Below are positions 40,022 to 49,305 of a DNA stretch of 64,000 nt, in pieces. The translations under genes were made by a program, and so were the position numbers. The notes under the pieces were generated by a model. It worked only from the letters and a program-made list of their open reading frames with translations, was not told the DNA's origin and made no database searches. The DNA is from an uncultured delta proteobacterium (GTDB lineage Bacteria > Myxococcota > Myxococcia > Myxococcales > Myxococcaceae). The stretch is from contig CAVYSY010000006.1 in NCBI GenBank assembly GCA_963771175.1, forward strand, positions 32,001 through 96,000, in the 5' to 3' direction. Within the stretch, counting starts at the first letter, position 1. Each line of letters starts with the position of its first letter.

Positions 40022-41307
40022 CAGTCCACCCGCTCGAAGCGCACCCGGTCCCCGAGCCGCAGCTGCGCGCCGGAGTCGGGCCGGAAGGGAGTGAAGTCCA
40101 CGGCGGTGCCGAGGAGGTTCCACCCGCCCGGCGAGGCGAACGGGTAGATGCCGGTGCGACGCCCGGCCAGCCCCACCGCGAGCGCCGGCACCCGCGTCCT
40201 CGGCGTGGAGAGCCGGGGCACGGCGATGCGCGCGTCCACCTCGCCCAGGTAGGCGAAGCCAGGGAGGAAGCCCACCGTGCGCACCGTGTACTCGCGCGAG
40301 GCGTGCAGCGACACCACGTCCTCCACCGAGAGCCCCACGCGCTCGGCCACCGCCGACAGGTCCGGCCCGTCGTAGCGCACGCGCACGATGACGAGCGGCG
40401 CCTCCACCACCGGCCCCGAGGCCCCCACGAGCCGGCCCAGCACGCGCCGGGGGTCCTCGGGAGGCGCGGCCGGGTCGAAGTACACGCAGGCGTGCTCCTC
40501 GCCCACCACCACGTCCACCACGCCGGGAGCGGCCTTCAAGGCCTCCTGCACCGCGCGCTGCCCCAGCCGCTCGGGCAGGACGAGCCGCCACGCGCCCTCG
40601 CCGAAGGACTCGGAGCGCAGCGACAGCACGTCCAGCACCGCGCGCACCTCGCGGGCCATCGCCACCGCGCCCGGCGAGTCCCCATGCACGCACAGCGTGT
40701 CCACCGTCCCACCGGTCGCGAGCCGCAGCGCGTTCTCCCGGGCCACCGCGGGGTCGGTCAGCACCGCGCCCGGCTGCCCGCGCGGAATGAGCGAGCCATC
40801 CGGCCGCGTGCCCCGGTCGGCGAAGCCCTCGCGCGCGTAGGTCAGCCCCGCCGCCTGGGCCGCGTCCCGCAGCGCGCCCGAGCCCGGACCGACGAAGGTG
40901 AGGCCCGTGCCGAGCGACTCGACGACTCCGGCCACCACCGCGCGGGCGAGCGCGGGCTCCCGGTTGGCCGCGTGGTACAGGGCGCCATGCGGCTTGGCGT
41001 AGCGCACGGGCACGCCCACCTCGGAGGCCAGGGCCCTCAGCCGGGCGCACTGGGCGGCCACCTGGGCGCGCAGCACCTCGGGGGCGACCCGCACTTCCTG
41101 GCGTCCGAAGTTCGCGCGGTCCTCATAGGAGGGGTGCGCCCCGGCCCGAGTCCCATGGCGCGCGCACAGCTCGAGCGCCCGGCGCATGGAGTGCTCGTCT
41201 CCGGCGTGCCCACCACAGGCGATGTTCGCCACCTGCGCGGACACATAGAGCTGCTCATCCTCGTCGGGTAGCTCGCCGAGGTCGATGTTGAGGAGACACT
41301 CCGCCAT
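40021..41307 (-). CDS. pxpA: Fused 5-oxoprolinase PxpA (LamB/YcsF)-PxpB
   Basis: NIDLGE, NIACGGHAGD, KPHGALY and CVHGD, followed in frame by YDGPDL, GFLPGFAYL and SPGGW. Confidence 0.9.
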   Translation of the reverse strand: MAECLLNIDLGELPDEDEQLYVSAQVANIACGGHAGDEHSMRRALELCARHGTRAGAHPSYEDRANFGRQEVRVAPEVLRAQVAAQCARLRALASEVGVPVRYAKPHGALYHAANREPALARAVVAGVVESLGTGLTFVGPGSGALRDAAQAAGLTYAREGFADRGTRPDGSLIPRGQPGAVLTDPAVARENALRLATGGTVDTLCVHGDSPGAVAMAREVRAVLDVLSLRSESFGEGAWRLVLPERLGQRAVQEALKAAPGVVDVVVGEEHACVYFDPAAPPEDPRRVLGRLVGASGPVVEAPLVIVRVRYDGPDLSAVAERVGLSVEDVVSLHASREYTVRTVGFLPGFAYLGEVDARIAVPRLSTPRTRVPALAVGLAGRRTGIYPFASPGGWNLLGTAVDFTPFRPDSGAQLRLGDRVRFERVD

Positions 41308-41479
41308 GGCGTGATGCACGCTACCCGAGGTCCGCGCTCCAAGTGCGCCCGCGTGCTCCCCAGCCGAGGCCCCGGTGTCCTGCACGAGACGGCGGGGCCG
41401 CTCCGCGAATACGAAGGCCCGGCCAGGGAAGTCCTCCCCAGCCGGGCCCTCGCTCCCCCCGGGCTACCGCTTCCGGTGA

Positions 41480-42445
41480 CTACTCCTCGCGGCCGCCGAG
41501 CAGCGGGACGACGAGCTCCTGGCCTCCCTCGGTGACGCGGCCCGAGTCCTCGGGCTGGTCCACCGGCGTGGCGTGCACCACCAGCGCGGGGACGTACTCC
41601 TCCACGCTCACGGGGGCGGTGGGGTAGAGCTTCTCCTCCTCCACGCCCGTGCCGCCCTCGACGAGCCGCGAGGGCACGTACGCCACCCGCGCCTGCACGC
41701 CGGCCAGGGAGCACGGGGTGTTGCTGCTCCGAAGCTGCATCACCAGCTCCTCGTACACCTTGTCACGCGACAGGGTGTCCGAGGCGCTCAGCTTGGGCAC
41801 CAGCCGGAAGTCGGACCAGCGCACGTGCAGGCGCGCCACCTGGCCTTTGGGATCCACCGCCGCGTGCACCTTCGAGCCGAGTACGGGGAAGCCCAGCACC
41901 TGGCGCTGCATCCACACGTGCAGCTCCGTGCGCGCCGAGCTGGCGCGGCCCGTGTCCCGGTCGAACGAGGAGGCACGCAGGGCCCGGACGAAGGTCGAGC
42001 GCCCGTCCAGCTCGTCCAGGGGCACGCCGAAGTCCGCCGCGGCCTTGTAGGCCAGCTCGTACGCGGCGCCCTCGGTGAGGGAGGTGGACTGGTTCAGCTC
42101 GGAGCGCTGGCGGTTGAGGTAGGTGACCTTGCCGCGCGAGAGGTCCACCCGCATCGTCGAGCCGCTGGTGTTGCGGTACACGCAGCGGGTGGAGGTGCAG
42201 GAGGTCTCGGGCGACAGCTCGTCGCCCACGGTGCGCGAGGCCAGCGAGGCGTTGAAGGCCGTCGAGAGGCTCGACTTCGCCGAGGCGGACAGCATCCGCT
42301 GCATGATGCTGGCATCCCCCACCTCGAGCGGGAGGGCCTCGCGCGCGAGCTCCTCGAAGGTGGGGCACGTCTGGGCGAGGGCGCTGGCCGGGCCGAGCAG
42401 GCTGGCGGCGACGAGCCCCATCATCACGTTCACGTTCGTCTTCAT
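41480..42445 (-). CDS. Secreted hypothetical protein (possible propeptide/YcdB-like partner)
   Basis: Signal peptide ending ALA; lies directly downstream of the DUF6345-like gene. Confidence 0.7.
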   Translation of the reverse strand: MKTNVNVMMGLVAASLLGPASALAQTCPTFEELAREALPLEVGDASIMQRMLSASAKSSLSTAFNASLASRTVGDELSPETSCTSTRCVYRNTSGSTMRVDLSRGKVTYLNRQRSELNQSTSLTEGAAYELAYKAAADFGVPLDELDGRSTFVRALRASSFDRDTGRASSARTELHVWMQRQVLGFPVLGSKVHAAVDPKGQVARLHVRWSDFRLVPKLSASDTLSRDKVYEELVMQLRSSNTPCSLAGVQARVAYVPSRLVEGGTGVEEEKLYPTAPVSVEEYVPALVVHATPVDQPEDSGRVTEGGQELVVPLLGGREE

Positions 42446-42474
42446 GGGTGTGTCTCCGTTTTCCGTGCCGGTGC

Positions 42475-43392
42475 TCAGTTGGGGTCCGTGAAGGCCGTCT
42501 CGCCCGCGGGGTCGCAGCCCTCGTAGAAGCTGTAGGCCCAGCCGTGGATGTCGTTCGGATCCGCGTAGATGAAGGTGTAGCGCTCGGTGAGGAGGCGCAG
42601 CAGGGCGTCGCCGGGGGTGCTGCCCACCGAGAGGGCGATGGGGCACTGCGCGTCGCCCTTCCCGTTGACGTCCGCGTAGTACATGTTGTCGAGCCACGCG
42701 GTGCGGATGGAGATGTCGTGCGCGTCGTCCGCGAAGTCCTCGTAGTCGTCCACGAACGAGGAGCCAATCCACATCAGCCCGTGGAAGCCATCCACCTGGT
42801 GCAGGCGCTGGCCGTTCTTCGCCGAGTCCACGTCCTGGAACATGTGCCAGGCGGAGTTGATGTTGTCGTCGTCCATGCTCTGGCAGGACGAGAGGTGGAG
42901 GAACTCCAGGTCCATGTCGCCCACCTGGACGTCGTCGGTGGAGGCGCCCTCGGCCCCATCGAGCGAGCACTGGCCGCTGGAGTCCTTCACGCGCAGCGAG
43001 CCCACCCAGTGCTTGTTGCTGTCGGCGCCGTGCAGGGCGATGATCGCCGCGTCGGCGTCATCGAGGTACGAGTAGTCCGAGCACGAGGTGGACACGGGCG
43101 CGTCCGGGTCGCAGAAGCGACCGCGAGACATGGTGCCGTCCACGTAGGCGCCGTCCTTGTAGAACACGCCGTGGCTGGTGGCCTCGTCGTACCAGGCGCG
43201 CGCCATGTCGTCCCACCAGGAGCGGGTGCCCCCACTGCACTCGGTGGTCCACTGGGTGATGGCGAACATCTTCGCCTCGCGGCTCGCCGCCATGGCGGGG
43301 TGGGAAGACAGCAGTGCCCAGGCGAGGGACAACACAGGCCCCCCCGCGCCGAGCACGCGGAGCAGGGCTCCACGGTTCGGGGTCTTCTTCAT
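42475..43392 (-). CDS. Secreted DUF6345-like protein (caspase/gingipain-type His-Cys dyad)
   Basis: DDADAAIIALHG ... LEFLHLSSC ... GFHG. Confidence 0.7.
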   Translation of the reverse strand: MKKTPNRGALLRVLGAGGPVLSLAWALLSSHPAMAASREAKMFAITQWTTECSGGTRSWWDDMARAWYDEATSHGVFYKDGAYVDGTMSRGRFCDPDAPVSTSCSDYSYLDDADAAIIALHGADSNKHWVGSLRVKDSSGQCSLDGAEGASTDDVQVGDMDLEFLHLSSCQSMDDDNINSAWHMFQDVDSAKNGQRLHQVDGFHGLMWIGSSFVDDYEDFADDAHDISIRTAWLDNMYYADVNGKGDAQCPIALSVGSTPGDALLRLLTERYTFIYADPNDIHGWAYSFYEGCDPAGETAFTDPN

Positions 43393-43588
43393 GTGGGATC
43401 TCCTCGTGATGGGCCGCTCAGTGGCAGCCACACCCTCTCAACGGACCCCCCGCCGGATCTTCCCGCGCGTGATTTATTTTCTCACCCGGGGTGGGGGCTG
43501 CTCCGGAGCACGGGGGGATGAAAGAATCCCCGCAACCTCCCGCCCGAATCAGTGTTCACGGAAACAACACCGGACTTCGATTCAGAGG

Positions 43589-44275
43589 ATGAGCACCATG
43601 AACCGCCTTTCTTCTTCCGCCCTCGTCGCCACCCTTCTCCTCACGGGCAGTGCCTCCGCCCAGGACCGTCGCAACCGCGTGGAGCGCGCGCAGGATCGCC
43701 AGGAAGTTCGCCAGGACAAGCGGGAGACGCGGGACGACCGGCGCGACGTGGCCGAGCTGGAGGCCGTGCTGGCGCGCTTCGACTCGGCGCGGGCGAGCAA
43801 GGACGAGCGCGAGATGGCCGCGGTGGAGACGCGGCTGCGCGAGCTGATGAAGCAGGAGCTGGCCGAGGGCCGCGTCGAGCTGGCGGCGGACAAGGCGGAG
43901 GTGCGGCGGGACAACCGGGAGGTGCGCTCGGACCGGCGGGAGGTGGGCCGGGACGTGGGGGCGGGCCGGCCGGGGGTGACCGCGGATGACCGCCGGGACC
44001 TGAGGGACGACCGGCGCGACCGGAGGGACGACGTCCGGGACACGCACGTCGAGGCGGCCTCTCAGTCGGCGCGGGTGGGCATCGCCCGGGAGCTGTCCTC
44101 GCTGGTGGGCAGCCGGCAGCCGGCGGACCTGCAGCGCACGCGCACGCTCCTCACGGAGCTCATCCAGCTCGGCCGTCAGGAGGTGCGCGGGGACCAGCAG
44201 GAGAAGCGCGAGGACCGCCGCGAGCTGCGTGAGGATCGCCGCGAGACGCGTGAGGACCGCCGCCAGGCCCACTGA
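43589..44275 (+). CDS. Secreted R/D/E-rich heptad-repeat protein
   Basis: Signal peptide ending ASA; repeated RxDRRE/D units. Confidence 0.8.
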   Translation: MSTMNRLSSSALVATLLLTGSASAQDRRNRVERAQDRQEVRQDKRETRDDRRDVAELEAVLARFDSARASKDEREMAAVETRLRELMKQELAEGRVELAADKAEVRRDNREVRSDRREVGRDVGAGRPGVTADDRRDLRDDRRDRRDDVRDTHVEAASQSARVGIARELSSLVGSRQPADLQRTRTLLTELIQLGRQEVRGDQQEKREDRRELREDRRETREDRRQAH

Positions 44276-44323
44276 GGAAGCCCGGGGTGGGCGTCTTCCG
44301 TCCCACCCCGTTGCACCCCGTGA

Positions 44324-44938
44324 CTACATGGGGGGCAGGGACTTGCGGACGCTCTCGCGCGACTCCATGCGAGCGACCCAGGCCTTCACGTGGGGGAAGG
44401 CCTCGAGGTCCACGCCCATGGGGGTGCGCAGGAGCAGCGAGGAGACGAGGGAGAAGTCGGCGATGGAGAGCTTGCCGCAGACGAACTCCTTGTCGGCGAG
44501 CGTCTTCTCCAGCACGCCGAGGTCACGGCGCACCTTCTCCATGCCGGCGGCGTACTTCGCCTCGTCCTTGGTGCGGCCGAACATCTTCGCGTAGACGGTC
44601 TCCATCATCACCTCGCCGGTAGAGGAGGAGAACGTGGTGGCGTGCCACTGGAGCCACTGCTGCACCTGGGCCATGCCGCGCGCGTCGGTGGGCAGCAGCC
44701 CGCTCTCGGGCTTCTTGGCGGCCAGGTAACAGAGGATGGCGTTGGACTCCCAGAGGATAAAGCCATCGTCCTCGAGGGTGGGGACCTTGCCGTTGGGATT
44801 CTTGGCGAGGAACTCGGGGGACTTGTGCTCGCCCTTCATCATGTCGACGTCGACGAGGGTGACAGGGAGGGCGAGCTCGTGGACGAGAGCGCGGACCTTG
44901 AAGGCGGCGCTGGAGAACGGGTGCTGGTAGATCTTCAT
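44324..44938 (-). CDS. Glutathione S-transferase
   Basis: NPNGKVP, WESNAI and SIAD. Confidence 0.93.
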   Translation of the reverse strand: MKIYQHPFSSAAFKVRALVHELALPVTLVDVDMMKGEHKSPEFLAKNPNGKVPTLEDDGFILWESNAILCYLAAKKPESGLLPTDARGMAQVQQWLQWHATTFSSSTGEVMMETVYAKMFGRTKDEAKYAAGMEKVRRDLGVLEKTLADKEFVCGKLSIADFSLVSSLLLRTPMGVDLEAFPHVKAWVARMESRESVRKSLPPM

Positions 44939-45035
44939 GGTGGTGTCCTCGAAGGGGTACGGCGAAAAGAGGGCGCACCATATGCCGAAGCGGGGGGGGG
45001 AGGGGCACTCCGCGGTGAGCCCCGGGGCCCCGTCC

Positions 45036-46661
45036 CTACTGCCCGGCGCCGGCCGAGGAGGGCGGGGCCTCCTGCTCGGGGAGGTAGAAGGCGCCGGAGC
45101 GGGCGGCGAGCACCGCCGCGGTGAGCAGGCCCACCATCACCCCGAAGATGACGATGCCGGCGAGCGTCACCCAGTCGCTGACGGAGGCGGGCTGGAGCAG
45201 CGCGGACAGGGCCGAGCCGAAGTCAAAGCCCGCTGCGGGCTTCGTGCGCACGGCCTGCATCGCGGAGAGGAGCGCCGTCGTCAGCCCGCCCCCCACCACG
45301 CCCGCCACGCCCGCGAGCACGGCGGAGGTGGCCAGCACCGAGCCACTCACCGCCCGCATGACGGGCCGGCTCTGCACCTCGAAGTTGGGGTCCTTCACGC
45401 CCAGCGGCACGAAGCGCGCGAGCAGCAGCAACCCGGGGATGCCCGCCACCATGGTGAGCCAGAAGAACTGCTCCCAGCCCATGGCGTACACGGAGAAGCC
45501 GCTGATGGGGCCGGCGATGACGCGGGGGATGGAGAAGAGGCTGGAGAGGAGGGCGAACTGGGTGGCGGAGAAGCGCTTCTGCGTGAGCCGCAGGAGCAGC
45601 ACGGAGAAGGCCCCGGTGCCCAGCCCCTGCGTCAGCTGCTCGAAGCCGATGGCGCCGTACATGAGGGCCACGTTGGGCTCCCCGGCGCGCGCCACGAGGA
45701 CGTAGCCCACGTTGGAGACGATCTGCACCACGCCGAACAGCCACAGCGCCCGGCCCAGCCCCAGCACCGTGGTCCACGCGCCGCCAATCAGCGTGCCGAT
45801 GATGGTGCCGAACAGGCCGATGGTGCCGAGCGCCACGCCGCGGTGCACGTCGCTGTAGCCCATGTCCACCAGGAAGGGGCGCAGCAGCGAGCCGCCGAGG
45901 TTGTCCGCCAGCTTGTAGAAGAAGACGAAGGCGAGGATCTCCAGCGCCCGGTGCCGGGTGAGGAAACCCACGAAGGGGTACCAGACAGCGTCCTTGAGGG
46001 ACCTGGGCGGGGTGAAGTGCTCCTCGGGCTCGGGGGCGAAGCGGGAGATGAGGAGGGTGGGCACGTAGAGCAGCGCCAGCCCGATGACGACGAACCGCCA
46101 GGACAGCCAGCCGGCCAGGGTGATGGCCGCCGAGCCCGCGATGAACATGGCGGCGCGGTAGAGCGCCACCCGAGCCCCCACCGCGATGCCCTGCTCCTCC
46201 TTGCGCAGCACCTCCACCGCGTAGGCGTCGATGGCGATGTCCTGGGTGGCCGAGGCGAACGCCACCGCCAGGGCGAGCGCGCCCACCACCCAGGCCGACT
46301 CGGGGTGGCTGCCCAGGCCCGCCATGGCCAGGGTGGTGGCGAACAGGGCCACCTGGGCGACGGCCATCCACCCACGCCGCCGGCCCCAGAAGGGCGGCAC
46401 GTAGCGGTCCATGAGGGGGGACCAGAGGAACTTGAAGGACCAGGGAGCCTGGGCCAGGGTGATGAGGCCCACCACCCGGATGTCCACGCCGCTGCTGCGC
46501 AGCCAGTCGGGAATCGCAATCCACACCAGGCCCAGGGGCAGGCCCGAGGAGAACGAGAGCAGCGCAACGGAAGCCGTCCGCCAGGAGGCCATGGCCAACG
46601 CCAGACTCTTCAAGGTCCCCGGACGCTTCGCGGGGGCCTCGCTCTTCACGCCGTCACTCAT
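45036..46661 (-). CDS. ampG: AmpG family muropeptide MFS permease
   Basis: FSSGLP, KFLWSPLMD, SATQDIAIDAY and ATQFALLSSL. Confidence 0.92.
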   Translation of the reverse strand: MSDGVKSEAPAKRPGTLKSLALAMASWRTASVALLSFSSGLPLGLVWIAIPDWLRSSGVDIRVVGLITLAQAPWSFKFLWSPLMDRYVPPFWGRRRGWMAVAQVALFATTLAMAGLGSHPESAWVVGALALAVAFASATQDIAIDAYAVEVLRKEEQGIAVGARVALYRAAMFIAGSAAITLAGWLSWRFVVIGLALLYVPTLLISRFAPEPEEHFTPPRSLKDAVWYPFVGFLTRHRALEILAFVFFYKLADNLGGSLLRPFLVDMGYSDVHRGVALGTIGLFGTIIGTLIGGAWTTVLGLGRALWLFGVVQIVSNVGYVLVARAGEPNVALMYGAIGFEQLTQGLGTGAFSVLLLRLTQKRFSATQFALLSSLFSIPRVIAGPISGFSVYAMGWEQFFWLTMVAGIPGLLLLARFVPLGVKDPNFEVQSRPVMRAVSGSVLATSAVLAGVAGVVGGGLTTALLSAMQAVRTKPAAGFDFGSALSALLQPASVSDWVTLAGIVIFGVMVGLLTAAVLAARSGAFYLPEQEAPPSSAGAGQ

Positions 46662-46861
46662 GGCGGCCACTATACCCAGCGGCGCCCTACCTCATAGGAG
46701 AGCCGTACACGCCCGCCTGGGGTTCTGCCAGCCCGTTGACATGCCGCCTCGCACGGCCGCCGTGCGGGCTCCGTCCCTCGCCCAACCTCCGAGCGGGACT
46801 CCAAGCCGTGTTGCCGTCCGAAGCCAACGTCGTGAGCGTTGTCTCTCGGAGGCATTCCACC

Positions 46862-47182
46862 ATGGCGAACCAGGACCGACGGCCCCCCTCTCAGCCCGCC
46901 GAGGACATGTTCGGCCGGCCCACGGACGTGCGGCACGAGAAGGACGAACCCAAGCACCTGCCCTCGCGCGAGCAGCAGGGTGCCCATCAGATTCCCAAGC
47001 GCGACAAGGAAGACGAGGACCGGCGGCATGCCGAGGCGGAAGCCGAGGAGGAGGTGGCCTGCGGCGGCGTCGGCGAGCTCCCCGATGGGGACGGCATCCG
47101 CAGCGAGCTCGGCACCAATCCCCTCCCCGACAGCTACTGGTTGTATTACCCCGACAAGCGGCCCGAGGGCACTGAGCCCTAA
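46862..47182 (+). CDS. Small hypothetical protein
   Basis: GGAGG RBS; 106-aa ORF. Confidence 0.55.
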   Translation: MANQDRRPPSQPAEDMFGRPTDVRHEKDEPKHLPSREQQGAHQIPKRDKEDEDRRHAEAEAEEEVACGGVGELPDGDGIRSELGTNPLPDSYWLYYPDKRPEGTEP

Positions 47183-47973
47183 CGACAGTCGGGGTCCAAC
47201 AGCTCGGGCCGGTACTCGAAGTGCATCGTGTCGTAGTGGTACCAGCGCCCGCCCCAGATGAAGCCCTCGGCCTCGAAGGCGTCGACGATGACCTGGGGAA
47301 TCCGATTCGCCCAGCGCACCGGCTCCTTCGGCTTCGCCCACTCCCAGTAATGGGCGCGCGCCGTGTTCAGGTCGAGGGACACGCCATAGGAGTGCGCGCT
47401 CTGGCGGTTCGTGTTGGCGATCTTCCGCCAGTTGAAGGTGCCGCCTGGCTTCGTGAGGTACGGCCGCAGCGCCGGCTCCTTCTCCAGCGCCGCTTCGAGC
47501 CGCTTCGCCACGCGCTCGAAGGCCGGCTCCACCTTCCGGTGCACCTTCAGTCGCTGCCCGAGGAAGGAGATGCCCACCAGGTCCACCTTGTCCGCGGAGG
47601 CGCCGTAGGTGGCATGGAAGAGCGGCTCGAAACGGATGCGCCCCGGGTCCTCGTTCTCGCGCGTCACCGGCGCGATGGGCCCCGTCGGGTAGGGCAGGGA
47701 GAAGGTGTCCTCCAGGTCCGGCGCGGCCAGTTTCTCCTCGAAGGACTTCGGCTTCCCGTCATCCCACGGGTACGTCTCGCCGCCCGGGAGCTTCGCCCTC
47801 CACGCGCCTTCCACCCGCACCGGCTCCACCGGGTACCACTTCGCCAGGCACGCCAGCGCGCGCGGCGGCACCTCCGGAGCGGGAGCGGTCGCGGGGACCT
47901 CGGCGCCGGCGCGGCCTCCGAGCACGAGCGCGAGCACGAGGGCCAGGGGTGGGCTGTTCGGGCGAAGTCGCAT
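47179..47973 (-). CDS. M15 family peptidoglycan metallopeptidase
   Basis: SAHSYGVSLD; WGGRWYHYDTMHFEY. Confidence 0.9.
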   Translation of the reverse strand: MRLRPNSPPLALVLALVLGGRAGAEVPATAPAPEVPPRALACLAKWYPVEPVRVEGAWRAKLPGGETYPWDDGKPKSFEEKLAAPDLEDTFSLPYPTGPIAPVTRENEDPGRIRFEPLFHATYGASADKVDLVGISFLGQRLKVHRKVEPAFERVAKRLEAALEKEPALRPYLTKPGGTFNWRKIANTNRQSAHSYGVSLDLNTARAHYWEWAKPKEPVRWANRIPQVIVDAFEAEGFIWGGRWYHYDTMHFEYRPELLDPDCR

Positions 47974-48079
47974 TCACCGATCGTGTCATGCATGCGCGCC
48001 CTCGTCCTGAACACCCCCCTCGCTGCGAACCAGAGGGGCCGGTTGACATCGGCGCGGAGCGGACCAAGCTCGCGAGCCC

Positions 48080-48952
48080 ATGAGGATCCATCATCTGAAC
48101 GGATGCACGTGCTGCCCGAGGGGCAGTCGCCTGCTGCTGGGGCGCGAGGACGCGCGACTGGTGTGCCACTGCCTGCTCATCGAGACGGAGGCCGGGCTGG
48201 TGCTGGTGGACACGGCGCTGGGGCTGGAGGACCTCCAGGCCGAGTCCCACCGGAGCGTGCGGCGCATGTTGGGGCCGATGCGTCCGAGGATGGATCCAGA
48301 GGAGACGATGGCGCGGCAGGTGGAGCGGCTGGGCTACCGGCGCGAGGACGTGCGGCACATCGTGCTGACGCACCTGGATGCGGACCACGCGGGGGGCCTG
48401 GCGGACTTCCCTCGAGCGAAGGTGCACGTGTACGCGAAGGAGCACGCGGCGGCGGTGGTGGATCGGGGGCTGAGGGAGCGCGTGCGCTTCCAGGAGTGCC
48501 AGTGGGCGCACGGCCCGGACTGGAAGCTCTACGAGGTGACGCAAGGCGAGCGGTGGTTCGGCTTCGAGTGCGTGCGCCAGTTGGAGGGCCTACCGCCGGA
48601 GCTCCTGCTGGTGCCACTGGTGGGACACACGAAGGGGCACTGCGCGGTGGCGGTGGACCGGGGAGACGGGTGGCTGCTGCACGCGGGCGACGCCTACTTC
48701 TACCGGGGAGAGATGGAAGCAGACCCGCACTGCCCGGCGGGGCTGCGCTTCTTCCAGACGCTCATCGAGGAGAAGCGTCGGGAGCGGCTGCACAACCAGG
48801 AGCGGCTGCGCGAGCTGGCGCGGGCGCAGGCGGGCAAGGTGCAGGTGTTCTGCGCCCACGACGAGGAGGAGTGGCGGCGGCTGGCCGGGCACGAGGCCAC
48901 GGCGGGCGCGGCGACTACTTCTTCTTCGGAGTCGCGAGCCGCTCGAGGGTAG
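48080..48952 (+). CDS. MBL-fold metallo-hydrolase
   Basis: THLDADHAGG, GHTKGH, AGDA and CAH. Confidence 0.92.
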   Translation: MRIHHLNGCTCCPRGSRLLLGREDARLVCHCLLIETEAGLVLVDTALGLEDLQAESHRSVRRMLGPMRPRMDPEETMARQVERLGYRREDVRHIVLTHLDADHAGGLADFPRAKVHVYAKEHAAAVVDRGLRERVRFQECQWAHGPDWKLYEVTQGERWFGFECVRQLEGLPPELLLVPLVGHTKGHCAVAVDRGDGWLLHAGDAYFYRGEMEADPHCPAGLRFFQTLIEEKRRERLHNQERLRELARAQAGKVQVFCAHDEEEWRRLAGHEATAGAATTSSSESRAARG

Positions 48953-49133
48953 AGGCGAAGCTCTTGCGCTCGGGGTTGAGCGGCGCGTCCAACTGGCGCT
49001 GCTCGCGCACGGTGGAGGTGGGGGATTCGAGGGGGCCTTCGAGGGCCTCCTTGTCGAAGCGATCCTGTCCGCCGCCGACGCGGCGCAGGGGCTGCGTGCC
49101 ATAGACGCGACGGTAGGGGTCTCTCCCAGCCAT
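48915..49133 (-). CDS. Small hypothetical protein
   Basis: GGAGG RBS before MAGRDPY; overlaps the convergent 3' end of the MBL gene. Confidence 0.5.
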   Translation of the reverse strand: MAGRDPYRRVYGTQPLRRVGGGQDRFDKEALEGPLESPTSTVREQRQLDAPLNPERKSFASTLERLATPKKK

Positions 49134-49305
49134 GGGGCACCTCCGGGGGTAGGAGTGACAGAGCATAGGCCGAAGCGGCCCGAGCATGCACGGGGCCGCG
49201 GGAGCAAGGCTCGGCCCCGGGGCAGGCGAGCAACCCCTTGCGCTCGGAGCATTTACGAGCGATCTCCCCTCCATCGGGTACCCTGCGCCCGAGTCCCCGC
49301 CCCTC

